Shown: positions 39,274-48,824, numbered from the stretch's first letter. The stretch: 64,000 bases of DNA from Candidatus Obscuribacteraceae bacterium (GCA_044226015.1 JBGAHS010000007.1:416001-480000), one strand, 5' to 3'. The notes: generated from the letters alone by a model not told the origin. Translations and numbers: made by a program.

Positions 39274-40500
39274 ATGGTTTCCACATTTTCTAGGGCTGTT
39301 TCGGGACGTAATACTGTCGGTGAAACATCTTTGTTGCTTGGTTCTGCTGTCAAGTCCGCGTCGCCGAATATTCAATCTGATAATTCACAAAACGCCGAAC
39401 AGAAGCATCACCCCCTGCTTGTTCAAGCAAAAGCACTTCAAGAGAAGATGAGCATCATAAGGCGAAAAATCCATGCTCATCCCGAGTTAGCGTTCGAAGA
39501 GCAAAGAACTTCTTCTTTGATGAAAGATTGTTTGCGGAGCGCAGGTTTTACCGTTCAGTCGAGTACTGAGAGTACAGGAATAATTGCTGACTTGAACAGG
39601 GGTGCAAAAAGAACCATTGCGATCAAAACCGAGATGGACGCATTGCCGATTACTGAATTGAATCAGGTGATGTATAGATCGCAAATTGCCAATGCCATGC
39701 ATGCCTGCGGCCACGATGCTCATATGGCTGCTGTCTGTGGAGCGGCTGAGATTTTGTCAGCGGGGTCTAATTTCGGGGTGCGCCTGATTGTTCAACCTGG
39801 AGAGCACGCAAGTGATGAATGCGATCATAAAGGGGCTTCGCAAATGATCGCTGACGGAGCCTTGAATGACATTGATGCCATCCTAGGGTTTCACATTGAT
39901 GCCACCATGCCTCTTGGGCAGGTCGGTGTCATGGAGAGCGTCTTTTTCAATTTACGTTCTGAATTCAAAATTCAGTTTGGGCTTGGCTCAGACTCGATGG
40001 AATCTGTAACTACAGTGCTTTCTGGTATTCAGGATCTGAACAAGAAAGGCAAAGGTAATTTTCGGATTCAAAATATCAATGCGCGAAACCAGGAAGCGTC
40101 GATTGAAGGTTTTTTCAATTGCGATGATTTACAAATGCGTGACCAGCAGCTGCGAATGATTCAAGAATTATGTGCTAGCACACATACAAAGTATCAGCTG
40201 TCCGTGTCTTCAAATGACAGCGATCTTGATTTGCATAAGAGTACAATTGCGTGTGCCTATGAAAGCTCTTCCGAAATTTTAGGAGCAGCCAGTACGTATA
40301 CTATTAAGCGAAGAACATGGACTCGTGAGTTTGCTGAATATGCTGCTATTCGCCCCGCTGCCTTTCTTTTATTTGGAACACATGTTCAGGGGCAAAGAAG
40401 CATTCAGCATACTGCAAGCTTCGATTTTGACGAAAGTGTGATGGCTTCGATAGCCGCGGTTATTTCGGGCACGGTGTTAAAACTGCAAAAAGCGCTCTAA
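39274..40500 (+). CDS. M20/M40 family amidohydrolase (divergent)
   Basis: RRKIHAHPELAFEE, EMDALPI, MHACGHDAH, QPGEH, GFH, QHTASFDFDE. Start chosen at ATG 39274. Confidence 0.85.
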   Translation: MVSTFSRAVSGRNTVGETSLLLGSAVKSASPNIQSDNSQNAEQKHHPLLVQAKALQEKMSIIRRKIHAHPELAFEEQRTSSLMKDCLRSAGFTVQSSTESTGIIADLNRGAKRTIAIKTEMDALPITELNQVMYRSQIANAMHACGHDAHMAAVCGAAEILSAGSNFGVRLIVQPGEHASDECDHKGASQMIADGALNDIDAILGFHIDATMPLGQVGVMESVFFNLRSEFKIQFGLGSDSMESVTTVLSGIQDLNKKGKGNFRIQNINARNQEASIEGFFNCDDLQMRDQQLRMIQELCASTHTKYQLSVSSNDSDLDLHKSTIACAYESSSEILGAASTYTIKRRTWTREFAEYAAIRPAAFLLFGTHVQGQRSIQHTASFDFDESVMASIAAVISGTVLKLQKAL

Positions 40501-40537
40501 TTTCAGCGCTACTTTCCGCTTGAATGCCCAAGCAAGA

Positions 40538-41110
40538 TTAATTGCAGTTGCCATTCAATTGGATGGTCTTCTTCGTCGGAGGCGGAAGCGCTTCTAGCTT
40601 TGCCTCAAGCTCTTGAGTGAATGGCTTAGGTGAAACGAACCATCCGAAATGCATTAATTGATCACGCTCAGGCACCAGGAACAAGAACTGTTTCTGTGGT
40701 GGGTGCACAGTGCTTATTGTGAAAGGCTGATTGTTCGTGTTTCCCAAGTAAGATACAACAAGTTCTTTTCCTTTCTTCTTCACTGATACGTCATAAACTA
40801 GGCAACTGTTAGACTTTGCATTTATCTGGACATCTTGATTGAGAGCCAGTTTTGTTGATGATGTGTTTCTATAGATCTTCAAGATTTTGAAGTGCTGTTT
40901 GCGGCATTCCAGCGCCATTGTGTCTGTTTTTACAGTTTGGCCTTCCTTCAAATCGTCATACTCTTGCTTGCCTGATTCGGCAAGCAGAATGATTGGAGCC
41001 GTTGACATGGCGTCTTCCATGCTTGTTCGCATAACGGATTCAGCTTTTGCTCCTATCGTAGAAAAAGCGCAAATGAGTATGCTCGCTAACGTGCACTTTT
41101 TGATTTGCAT
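40538..41110 (-). CDS. Hypothetical secreted protein, tandem paralog A
   Basis: Signal peptide. ECRKQ, KSNSC, HFGWFVSP and C-terminal Cys shared with the neighbour. Confidence 0.78.
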   Translation of the reverse strand: MQIKKCTLASILICAFSTIGAKAESVMRTSMEDAMSTAPIILLAESGKQEYDDLKEGQTVKTDTMALECRKQHFKILKIYRNTSSTKLALNQDVQINAKSNSCLVYDVSVKKKGKELVVSYLGNTNNQPFTISTVHPPQKQFLFLVPERDQLMHFGWFVSPKPFTQELEAKLEALPPPTKKTIQLNGNCN

Positions 41111-41123
41111 ACTACCTCATTTG

Positions 41124-41693
41124 CTACTTGCTACAGTCGGGAAGCAATTGGATAACCGACTTGACTGGTTTGTGTGCCACAGAACACTCTCTTTCGATTG
41201 ATTCCTTCCACGGTTGTGGCGAAACGAACCACCCGTAGTGTTCAAGCTGACCTGGCATATATTGCGAGGGAGATAGAAACAGGATTTCTTTTTCGTGCTG
41301 GTTGTATACGTCGACCGTTGTGGGTGCATCCATGTCAGTGCGTGAAATTACAAGTTTGTTGCCTCGTTTGCTTACGATGATGCTGTTTACGATGCAAGAG
41401 TTTGATTTGTGGTTAACCTCGACGCAAGCGTTAGGATTCAATTTGACTTTGCTGTTGTTTCGCAAGACTTTGAGAATCTTGTATTTTTGTTTGCGGCATT
41501 CAAACTCATTGCTCTCCATCTTTCGCTTCTCGCCTTCCTTCATATCATCAAATTGCATTGCCCCTGTTTCTACCACAAGGACAATTTGGGCGTTGGAAAT
41601 AGCTTCATTGAGCGAAGTTGTTGCGACGGGTTTTGAAATTGCAGGAGCTTGCAATAGGATTGCAGCGCATAGAACAAATTTTGTAAGTTTCAT
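41124..41693 (-). CDS. Hypothetical secreted protein, tandem paralog B
   Basis: Signal peptide. ECRKQ, KSNSC, HYGWFVSP and C-terminal Cys. Confidence 0.78.
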   Translation of the reverse strand: MKLTKFVLCAAILLQAPAISKPVATTSLNEAISNAQIVLVVETGAMQFDDMKEGEKRKMESNEFECRKQKYKILKVLRNNSKVKLNPNACVEVNHKSNSCIVNSIIVSKRGNKLVISRTDMDAPTTVDVYNQHEKEILFLSPSQYMPGQLEHYGWFVSPQPWKESIERECSVAHKPVKSVIQLLPDCSK

Positions 41694-41858
41694 TGGCGAA
41701 TTGTGGAACTTTTAGATTTCCCGAACATCTTACCAGAACATGGAAGTGTGGCGCTTTAGATTGTTGGAGTAAAACTTTCATTAAACCGCCCCAAAAACAT
41801 TGCCAGGGTAGCAGCTACAGCCTATACTGAAAAGGTACGGCTTTTTTGGAGAAGCTAT

Positions 41859-41951
41859 ATGTTCATTGTCGAAAAAATCGATGGATATTTGCTGGCAAAG
41901 CTTCTCGCTCAGCCGTTAAGTAGTTCGAGCGTTCGGTCTGCGGCAAATTAA
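41859..41951 (+). CDS. 30-aa upstream ORF in the mgtE leader (MFIVEKIDGYLLAKLLAQPLSSSSVRSAAN), possible leader peptide
   Basis: GGAG 7 nt before ATG. Followed by a hairpin at 41984-42017 and then the mgtE RBS. Confidence 0.4.
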   Translation: MFIVEKIDGYLLAKLLAQPLSSSSVRSAAN

Positions 41952-42059
41952 TCCCAATCGACGCTCTTAAAATCAGGTTCAACTCAGCATAGCGTGCGGT
42001 TCTTGCTCGCATGCTGAAAACGTTATAGGTCTGTTTTATATTAACAGGAGGGTCGAGCC

Positions 42060-43373
42060 ATGACGACTGCTACTGCTATTCACACTGATTTGCACAAACT
42101 CTGGGCGAATGATTCACTCAATGAAAAGATTGAACTCTTCAAAGGTTTGCCTCTGGCAGATGCCCAAGAATTCTTCCGAGAGCTAAGCACCAGAAACCAA
42201 TTTGAAATCATCGAAAACTTGCCTGAACGTGAACAGACGGTCTGGCTGCGTTTGCTTGATCCCGATGATGCTGCAGACCTACTTCAAGAGGCGGAGCCTG
42301 CCGACATCGAGCACTACCTTCACTTGCTTGATTCAAACACGCGAGATGATGTGCAGGCTCTACTGATGTATAGAGAAGATGTGGCTGGCGGGCTCATGAG
42401 TCCGCGCTTCGTGCGCGTGCGCCCCGAGATGACAGTGTCTGAGGCCCTGACATACGTGCGTAAACAAGCTCGCGATGCTACCGAAACCATCTATACAATT
42501 TATGTCTTAGACGCCCAGCAAATCCTGCTTGGGGTGACTTCGTTGCGCAGTCTTATAACTGCTGATGCTCTTAAGAAAATCAAAGACGTGATGCGCTCCA
42601 GCGTAATCTCAGCTTCCGATCAAGCAGATCAGGAGGAATTGAGCCGCCTTTTCGCAGAGCATGACTTGATGGCTATTCCAATCGTCGATTCCCAAAACAG
42701 AATGAAAGGAATTGTCACCATCGATGACATAGTTGATGTTGTTGAAGAGGAGGCAACAGAGGATATTCAAAAGATTGGTGGCTCTGAAGTCTTAGGTGCC
42801 CCTTACCTTGATATATCTCTAGCCGAGATGATCAAGAAGCGAGGTGGTTGGCTCGTCATACTGTTCCTCAGTGAAATGCTGACAGCTAACGCCATGGGGC
42901 ACTTTCAAGATCAAATTTCCAAAGCGGTCATCTTGGCTGTTTTCATTCCGCTCGTGATCAGTAGCGGTGGCAACTCTGGCTCTCAGGCTTCAACGTTGAT
43001 CATTCGTGCGATGGCACTTGGCGAAGTGACTTTGCGCGATTGGTTTAAGGTTATGAAGAAAGAGCTAGTGACCGGATTCGCCCTTGGATTACTTTTGGGC
43101 GCGATTGGTTTTGCTCGCGTTATCGTATGGCAGCAGTTTTTTCCTGTTTACGGACCACACTATTTCTTGCTTGCAGCTACCATTGGACTTAGCTTGTTGG
43201 GCATAGTTATGTGGGGCACCCTGTCGGGTTCTCTCTTGCCTCTGATTCTGCGACGAGTTGGATTTGACCCGGCGACCGCATCCACTCCGTTCGTTGCGAC
43301 ACTCGTTGACGTAACAGGGCTGGTAATCTACTTCACCGTAGCTAGTGCCATTCTTCACGGAACCTTGCTTTAA
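42060..43373 (+). CDS. mgtE: Magnesium transporter MgtE
   Basis: PDDAADLL, AGGLM, CBS pair, IVTIDDIVDVVEEEATEDI, SSGGNSGSQ, DPATAS.PFVATLVDVTG. Confidence 0.95.
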   Translation: MTTATAIHTDLHKLWANDSLNEKIELFKGLPLADAQEFFRELSTRNQFEIIENLPEREQTVWLRLLDPDDAADLLQEAEPADIEHYLHLLDSNTRDDVQALLMYREDVAGGLMSPRFVRVRPEMTVSEALTYVRKQARDATETIYTIYVLDAQQILLGVTSLRSLITADALKKIKDVMRSSVISASDQADQEELSRLFAEHDLMAIPIVDSQNRMKGIVTIDDIVDVVEEEATEDIQKIGGSEVLGAPYLDISLAEMIKKRGGWLVILFLSEMLTANAMGHFQDQISKAVILAVFIPLVISSGGNSGSQASTLIIRAMALGEVTLRDWFKVMKKELVTGFALGLLLGAIGFARVIVWQQFFPVYGPHYFLLAATIGLSLLGIVMWGTLSGSLLPLILRRVGFDPATASTPFVATLVDVTGLVIYFTVASAILHGTLL

Positions 43374-43409
43374 GGCAGCGTGATATGCGTTGTTATCAAT
43401 CTGACTTTG

Positions 43410-43440
43410 TGAGGGATCCATCCGCTTGATGGATCCCTCA
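43410..43440 (+). terminator. Perfect 13-bp inverted repeat after mgtE, probable terminator
   Basis: tgagggatccatc-cgctt-gatggatccctca followed by a T-rich tract. Confidence 0.65.
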
Positions 43441-43460
43441 GCTTGCTTATCTTGTTCTTT

Positions 43461-43619
43461 CTGGAGGATCCAGTCTGCTACTGGGGATCCTGATTGCTAC
43501 TGGGGATTCTGAATTGCTACTGAAGGAGCCTGATTGCTACTGCGAATTCTGAATTGCTACTGAAGGATCCTGATTGCTACTGAAAGATCCCGAATGCGCC
43601 AGAAGGATTCTGAGCTGTT
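43461..43619. repeat. Non-coding tandem array of about eight 19-20 bp units (consensus approx. CTGRRGGATCCTGATTGCTA)
   Basis: Units start at 43461, 43481, 43500, 43520, 43540, 43560, 43580 and 43600. The outer units are degenerate. Confidence 0.88.
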
Positions 43620-43685
43620 CCTTCCTGACGTTCTTCGTGCTAATCTTAGGTTCGGTTAGGTTAGGCTTTTCCATCAAGGCGAGTC

Positions 43686-44066
43686 ATGCGTTCAGTTATT
43701 GTCTACCTGAAATCGGCAAGTGATGATGAAGTGCTAGATTTCTTGCAAAGTCATTTTGATTCTTCTGAAGCCCCGCCCTGGTATCTGAAGAGTGGAGACA
43801 ACATCATTTTGACGATCACCGCCTATAGTGACTTCAACGCAGAAAGTTCTGTACAAAATGAACTGGGTTATTCGCCTTCAATCGCCGTGCTTGCTGAGGT
43901 TTCTAAACGCCATCCTGGTGATGCCGAGATTCACTTTTTTGTATCCTCCCTACTCAATCGGTTTGAGGGTCACGCCGGTGATGAGTATTCCAATCACATT
44001 TGGACAATAGAAGAGATCGAATCAGGAACGGAGTTTGACGGTCATAAGTTTTTCGATTATGAGTAG
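43686..44066 (+). CDS. Small acidic hypothetical protein
   Basis: 126-aa ORF with natural composition. C-terminal DEYSNHIWTIEEI...GHKFFDY. Confidence 0.65.
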   Translation: MRSVIVYLKSASDDEVLDFLQSHFDSSEAPPWYLKSGDNIILTITAYSDFNAESSVQNELGYSPSIAVLAEVSKRHPGDAEIHFFVSSLLNRFEGHAGDEYSNHIWTIEEIESGTEFDGHKFFDYE

Positions 44067-44130
44067 CTTTGATTACGAGTATTGATCGGCTTTAAGAGCG
44101 GTATGGCGTCCGGCAGGGTATGGCGAAAAA

Positions 44131-45066
44131 ATGGTTGAATTGAATTTATGCGGACTCAAAATTGATTCTATCGTTTTAGCTGAACTAATCGGACAGGGAA
44201 GTTTTGGTCAGGTTTATAGAGGAGTCGATGCTCTGGGTAACTCCTGCGCTGTGAAAGTAGCTCTCAAAAATGAGAGCTTGCAATTGACAGAGGCTCTGGC
44301 TATTTATTCGGGTAGTTACGGTAAAGTGCATCCATTGCCTGAGAAGCTACTCGAAGTCCAGTACAAAAGAGTGTCAGCGGCTCCGGGCTTGTTTCCCCTT
44401 ACAGAATCTACTCAGTATGCTGGAAACTACTCGTATCTGAAAATGAATCTTGTAAATGGAATGACCCTGAGAGCTTTTCTAGCAAAGGGCTTAGAAATCA
44501 CTGGGAAGTTGCAACTTGCTATCAGGCTATACGAGTGCTTTGATCAACTCGTGAAATCAAAGCTAAAGTACCATGGCGACCTCAAGCCAGAGAATATCAT
44601 GGTAACGGAAAAGGAAATAATTCTGCTCGACCCTGGCTACTTTGGCTCAATGTCATGTACTGAAGGACTGATACCAAACGTGGTGATAAGCTCTCCACTC
44701 TATTATCCACGCCTTGAGCCGGACGATACGTTTGCTGCCGGTTCTATTCTGTGGGAAATGTTTGCTGCTAAACCAGTTTTAAGCGTCAGTGAGTCTACTG
44801 AGGACGACCGTGTATTAGTAGCCGCAGAGTCATTGCAATCTGAAATCGCATACCAGGAAATGTTGGGACGCTACTTCCTCTCGCCTTTGAGAAGTCTCGC
44901 CATTCCTGCGGAAGTTTCACAGTTGCCTATCGAGCTGCAGGACATATTGCTCGCTTCCTTAGGTTTGATACTGAAAGACGAGACCTTGTCGTTAGATAAA
45001 GAACAAGCTTCCATTGCGTCGATTTTGTCACGCTTGCAAGCTTGCCAGCTGTCCTCATTGATTTGA
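44131..45066 (+). CDS. Soluble atypical Ser/Thr kinase-domain protein
   Basis: IGQGSFGQVY, AVK, YHGDLKPEN, DPG (for DFG). No TM or accessory domain. Confidence 0.8.
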   Translation: MVELNLCGLKIDSIVLAELIGQGSFGQVYRGVDALGNSCAVKVALKNESLQLTEALAIYSGSYGKVHPLPEKLLEVQYKRVSAAPGLFPLTESTQYAGNYSYLKMNLVNGMTLRAFLAKGLEITGKLQLAIRLYECFDQLVKSKLKYHGDLKPENIMVTEKEIILLDPGYFGSMSCTEGLIPNVVISSPLYYPRLEPDDTFAAGSILWEMFAAKPVLSVSESTEDDRVLVAAESLQSEIAYQEMLGRYFLSPLRSLAIPAEVSQLPIELQDILLASLGLILKDETLSLDKEQASIASILSRLQACQLSSLI

Positions 45067-45161
45067 AAGGCTAGCTTTACTTAATCAAGATTCAAGCTAA
45101 TTCAAAAATTGACCCGCTTGAACGCAATTGAGATAGGATCATTAACTGGCGTGCTAGTCGA

Positions 45162-46505
45162 ATGGAGCCAATCTTGACAAGAATCTCATTGAGAACAAAA
45201 AAACTTTGCTGTACTTGGCTTTGCGGGACGCTTGCATTCGTTGCACCATATGCCTCTCTGGCGAGTGACAATGCTCCAGTGGGAAAACCTGCCAGGTTGG
45301 AAAGTATCGAAGCATTCGCCAGCAAATTTCGGGACAGCAACTCCGATCTGGTAACAATGTTTCGTTCTGGGTTGACTAATGCAGAGCAGAAGCAGTCGTT
45401 TGAAGAATTGGACGGAAGTATTTATGTTCAGACCGGCGATATTCCGGCAGAATGGCTGCGAGACAGTAGTGCCCAGGTTCGTCCTTATCTTTATTTTGTG
45501 AACAAAGACGAAAAGGTTCGTGATTATTTGCGCAAAGTAATTGCGCGGCAAGCTGAGTATTTGACCATAGATCCCTATGCTAATGCTTTTCGTGAGGATA
45601 AGTCAGTTTGGGAACAAAAGTATGAGTTGGACTCGTTGTGTTATCCCATAATTCTCGCGTGGACATACTGGAAGCTCAGTGGTGATGCCACTATCTTTAC
45701 CGACACCTTTCAAAAGGCAATGCACCGTGTGATTGAAACGATGCGGACCGAGCAAGATCACGCGAAAAGCTCTCAATATACTCACAAAGAGTTGCTAAAT
45801 GGCAAAGGACGTGAAGTTGGAAAATGTGGCATGGTATGGATGGGCTTCAGACCATCAGACGACGCATGCTATTACAATTATTTGATTCCGTCAGAGATGA
45901 TGGCTGTTGTTGCTTTGCGTGCCTTAATCGAGATTGAAACAAGTGTATTCAAGGACAGAAAATTCCTCGCTGATATCAAAGCACTAAGGAATGAGATTGA
46001 TGCGGGTATCAAGAAATTTGCTATCGTCAACGACAAGAAGTTTGGAAAAGTCTATGCTTTCGAGGTAGATGGGTTAGGCAATTACACCCTGGAGGATGAC
46101 GCGAACATCCCGAGTCTTCTGTCTTTGCCTTATCTCGGTTATGTTTCCAATGATGATCGAGTCTATCTAAACACCAGAAAGATGATTCTCAGCAAGGCCA
46201 ACAAGAATTTTGCGGAAGGGAAAGTTGCTTCGGGAATTGGTAGCGAGCACACGCCTAAGACATACATCTGGCCACTGGCAATGATAATGGATGCGCTTAC
46301 TGAAAACGATAAGCAGCGCTACTCGCTTGTTTTGAAACAAATACTCGCAAGCGACCCTGGTGATCATTTGTTGCATGAATCGTTCGATCCTGATGACCAG
46401 AAGAAATTTACAAGACCAGACTTCGGTTGGCCGAACGCCTTGTTTGCAGAACTGATTTTGCTAAAAAAGGAAAAAATGATGGAATTACCAGTTCCACGAA
46501 AATAA
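45162..46505 (+). CDS. Glycoside hydrolase family 125 (exo-alpha-1,6-mannosidase-like), exported
   Basis: TGDIPAEWLRDS, DPYANAF, WEQKYELDSLCY, FRPSDDAC, DDANIPSLL, LHESF, FTRPDFGWPN.LF.E. Confidence 0.92.
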   Translation: MEPILTRISLRTKKLCCTWLCGTLAFVAPYASLASDNAPVGKPARLESIEAFASKFRDSNSDLVTMFRSGLTNAEQKQSFEELDGSIYVQTGDIPAEWLRDSSAQVRPYLYFVNKDEKVRDYLRKVIARQAEYLTIDPYANAFREDKSVWEQKYELDSLCYPIILAWTYWKLSGDATIFTDTFQKAMHRVIETMRTEQDHAKSSQYTHKELLNGKGREVGKCGMVWMGFRPSDDACYYNYLIPSEMMAVVALRALIEIETSVFKDRKFLADIKALRNEIDAGIKKFAIVNDKKFGKVYAFEVDGLGNYTLEDDANIPSLLSLPYLGYVSNDDRVYLNTRKMILSKANKNFAEGKVASGIGSEHTPKTYIWPLAMIMDALTENDKQRYSLVLKQILASDPGDHLLHESFDPDDQKKFTRPDFGWPNALFAELILLKKEKMMELPVPRK

Positions 46506-46524
46506 CGATTGAAACAATGAAGGC

Positions 46525-47511
46525 ATGAATATGAGAAAGTTGATTTTTGCAGTTGAAGACACACAGGTGGTTCGAAGAGCCACAGAATGGCTTGCCTCAA
46601 GCGGAATTTTCAGTGGCAGTGACATAGCAGTTGTTAACGCGTGTCCTCGAGCTAGCGAAGATGCCCCTATAACCATTGAGTGTAAGAATCGGTTCGAGGA
46701 AGTTTACTCTGACGCTAGATTTCAAGCTATCACTCTGAATGGTGGCACGAACAATTTGCTCGACTTTGCTTCCAATAACAACTGTGAGCTATTGGTCGTT
46801 GCAAAAACTGAGCGTTCCAGTCTGGATAAATTACTCCATGGCAGCGTGAGCCAGCAATTACTTGAGCATTCCAACTGTCCAGTGCTTCTTGCCAAGGACT
46901 GTATTCCGGAAGCCGCAGGCAACGTGATTATTGCTGTTGATGATTCGTCAAACTCTGCAGCGGCTTTAGAATGGGCATCGAGGCAGCTATGGCTAAAACA
47001 AAAAAGAGTACTTTTGCTTTCGGTAATTAGACCTGCTTCTGCGGGTATCAACTCGTTTACGAGTACAGCTCAAGCCGCTGAGACCTTGCTTAAGAGGCAG
47101 GTTGAAGAATCGGTTTTGAGTTTGCTTCTCGAAGCGTGGGGAGACTTGCTAGCGCAGCGCCTCGATAGAGCAAGCGTGCCATTCATGATTCCTGAAGGTG
47201 AAGCGAAGGATGCAATTCTTGAGACTGCAAGAATGTGGCCAGCCGAACTAATCGTCATGGGAACACACGGGCGTTCCGGACTAAACAAGCTCATGCTAGG
47301 AAGTGTTTCACAATCTGTTTCGGTGTCGGCCCCATGTTCTTGCCTGGTCATCCGCACTGACGAATCGCTGGATGGTGACTTCAATAAAGTGAGAACTGAA
47401 ATAGAGAACTCAAGTGAATTATTCCGTGCCAGAAAAGAAAAGCCGCACCCAGCAAGGGTGTCGTCTTCGTGTGTGGGGACAGACTTGAATGGTTTCTTTA
47501 TTAATTTCTAA
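46525..47511 (+). CDS. Universal stress protein with tandem Usp domains
   Basis: LLHGSVSQQLL..SNCPVL and IVMGTHGRSGLNKLMLGSVSQSV...APCS. Confidence 0.88.
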   Translation: MNMRKLIFAVEDTQVVRRATEWLASSGIFSGSDIAVVNACPRASEDAPITIECKNRFEEVYSDARFQAITLNGGTNNLLDFASNNNCELLVVAKTERSSLDKLLHGSVSQQLLEHSNCPVLLAKDCIPEAAGNVIIAVDDSSNSAAALEWASRQLWLKQKRVLLLSVIRPASAGINSFTSTAQAAETLLKRQVEESVLSLLLEAWGDLLAQRLDRASVPFMIPEGEAKDAILETARMWPAELIVMGTHGRSGLNKLMLGSVSQSVSVSAPCSCLVIRTDESLDGDFNKVRTEIENSSELFRARKEKPHPARVSSSCVGTDLNGFFINF

Positions 47512-47563
47512 AAATTGAGTTTAGTCTACGTTTCTTTCTGTTTACTCATCAACCAATAGATTG

Positions 47564-48433
47564 ATGGGTAGAGAATTTGAACTTGATAAAATCTGCAAGC
47601 TCATCAATGTGAGGTATACCTTGGAACTTTTTATCCTTTCTTTTATAGTCTTCTACTTTTACCATACACAGGGTATCACTCTCGGCTATCACCGCTTGCT
47701 TTCGCACAAGTCGTACAAAGTTCCGAAGTGGTTAGAGTACTTCATTGTTTCAGGGGCCTACCTCGCTGTTGAGGGGGCACCAATCTTTTGGGTGACCACT
47801 CACAGGCTGCATCATCGCTTCTCTGACCATAAGGGCGATCCGCATTCACCACTTGATGGGCTCTGGCATGCATTCATTGAATGGATGTGGAAGCCGAATG
47901 TAGCCATCTCCGAAAAAGACAGCAAGGAGATTGCACCTGATTTATATCGCGACCCTGTTTACAGATTCTTGCATTGCAATCACTCAAATAAAGATGGGTA
48001 TCTCTGCTTAGCAATCGCTATTGCATTTCGTGTTGCTATTTATTTCTTGTTTGGACCAGTGGTTCTAGCAGCTAATATTCTGGCTACAGTTATGGGTTTC
48101 CTTGGTCCTTTGCTCGTTAATTCGATCTGTCATTTGCGCCAATATGGCTATGAGACCTACCCTTGTGGTGATAACAGTCGCAATGTCTGGTTTGTTGCCG
48201 CTTTGAGTATGGGTGAAGGTTGGCACAACAACCATCATGCGTTTCCTCAATCTGCGCGTCACGGTCTTAAGCCATCAGAAATTGATCCTACATGGATCAC
48301 TATTTCGATTCTCAAGGCATTGGGCCTGGCGACGGATATTCGCTATGCCAAGAATGTTTCAGTGATGACACACTTGATGGATGAGGAATCGGAGGAGACT
48401 CCAACACCTGAGCCCGAAAAGGTACTCAAATAA
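47564..48433 (+). CDS. Membrane fatty-acid desaturase, delta-9 (DesC/OLE1-like)
   Basis: GITLGYHRLLSH, HRLHHRFSD..GDPHS, VNSICH, GEGWHNNHHAF histidine boxes. Confidence 0.92.
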   Translation: MGREFELDKICKLINVRYTLELFILSFIVFYFYHTQGITLGYHRLLSHKSYKVPKWLEYFIVSGAYLAVEGAPIFWVTTHRLHHRFSDHKGDPHSPLDGLWHAFIEWMWKPNVAISEKDSKEIAPDLYRDPVYRFLHCNHSNKDGYLCLAIAIAFRVAIYFLFGPVVLAANILATVMGFLGPLLVNSICHLRQYGYETYPCGDNSRNVWFVAALSMGEGWHNNHHAFPQSARHGLKPSEIDPTWITISILKALGLATDIRYAKNVSVMTHLMDEESEETPTPEPEKVLK

Positions 48434-48824
48434 ATTTTCAGGACTGCTCAACAGTCATCCAAACTTGCAACGCACGATAAGGCTCGCTTCCCCTACCTGA
48501 TGCGAGCCTCGTGCTTTTGATGCATTTTCTCGATGGGGGTGATTCGGATTCTTGAGTTTGTATAATTGTGCAAATAGAGTTTTCATTTTCGAGCCGATCA
48601 AATAAAAGTGATTCATTAAGTGTGGTGGTGGTAGTTATTGTTGCTGATCGATCGTGTACATTTCGAACTAAATGTAGGTGATGATCAGGTGACAAATTGT
48701 AGAATCTGCGACCATGTGGCAAGTAGCGGTGTAATAAAAACGTCCCATCCGCGTTCGGAAGGGACGTTTGAAGGAGAACGGGCGTCAGTAAAAGTTTTGA
48801 ACGAACTTGGCATTCGGAGCTGAT

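Noticed and set aside
41700..42059. M-box (ykoK) riboswitch upstream of mgtE
   Set aside because: Conserved M-box sequence blocks were not recognisable by eye. An Rfam scan would settle it
43461..43619. Repeat array as a CRISPR or TIGR-type guide array
   Set aside because: Units are contiguous with no unique spacers, the variable positions are just variants of one core, and no cas or Nop-domain gene is in the window
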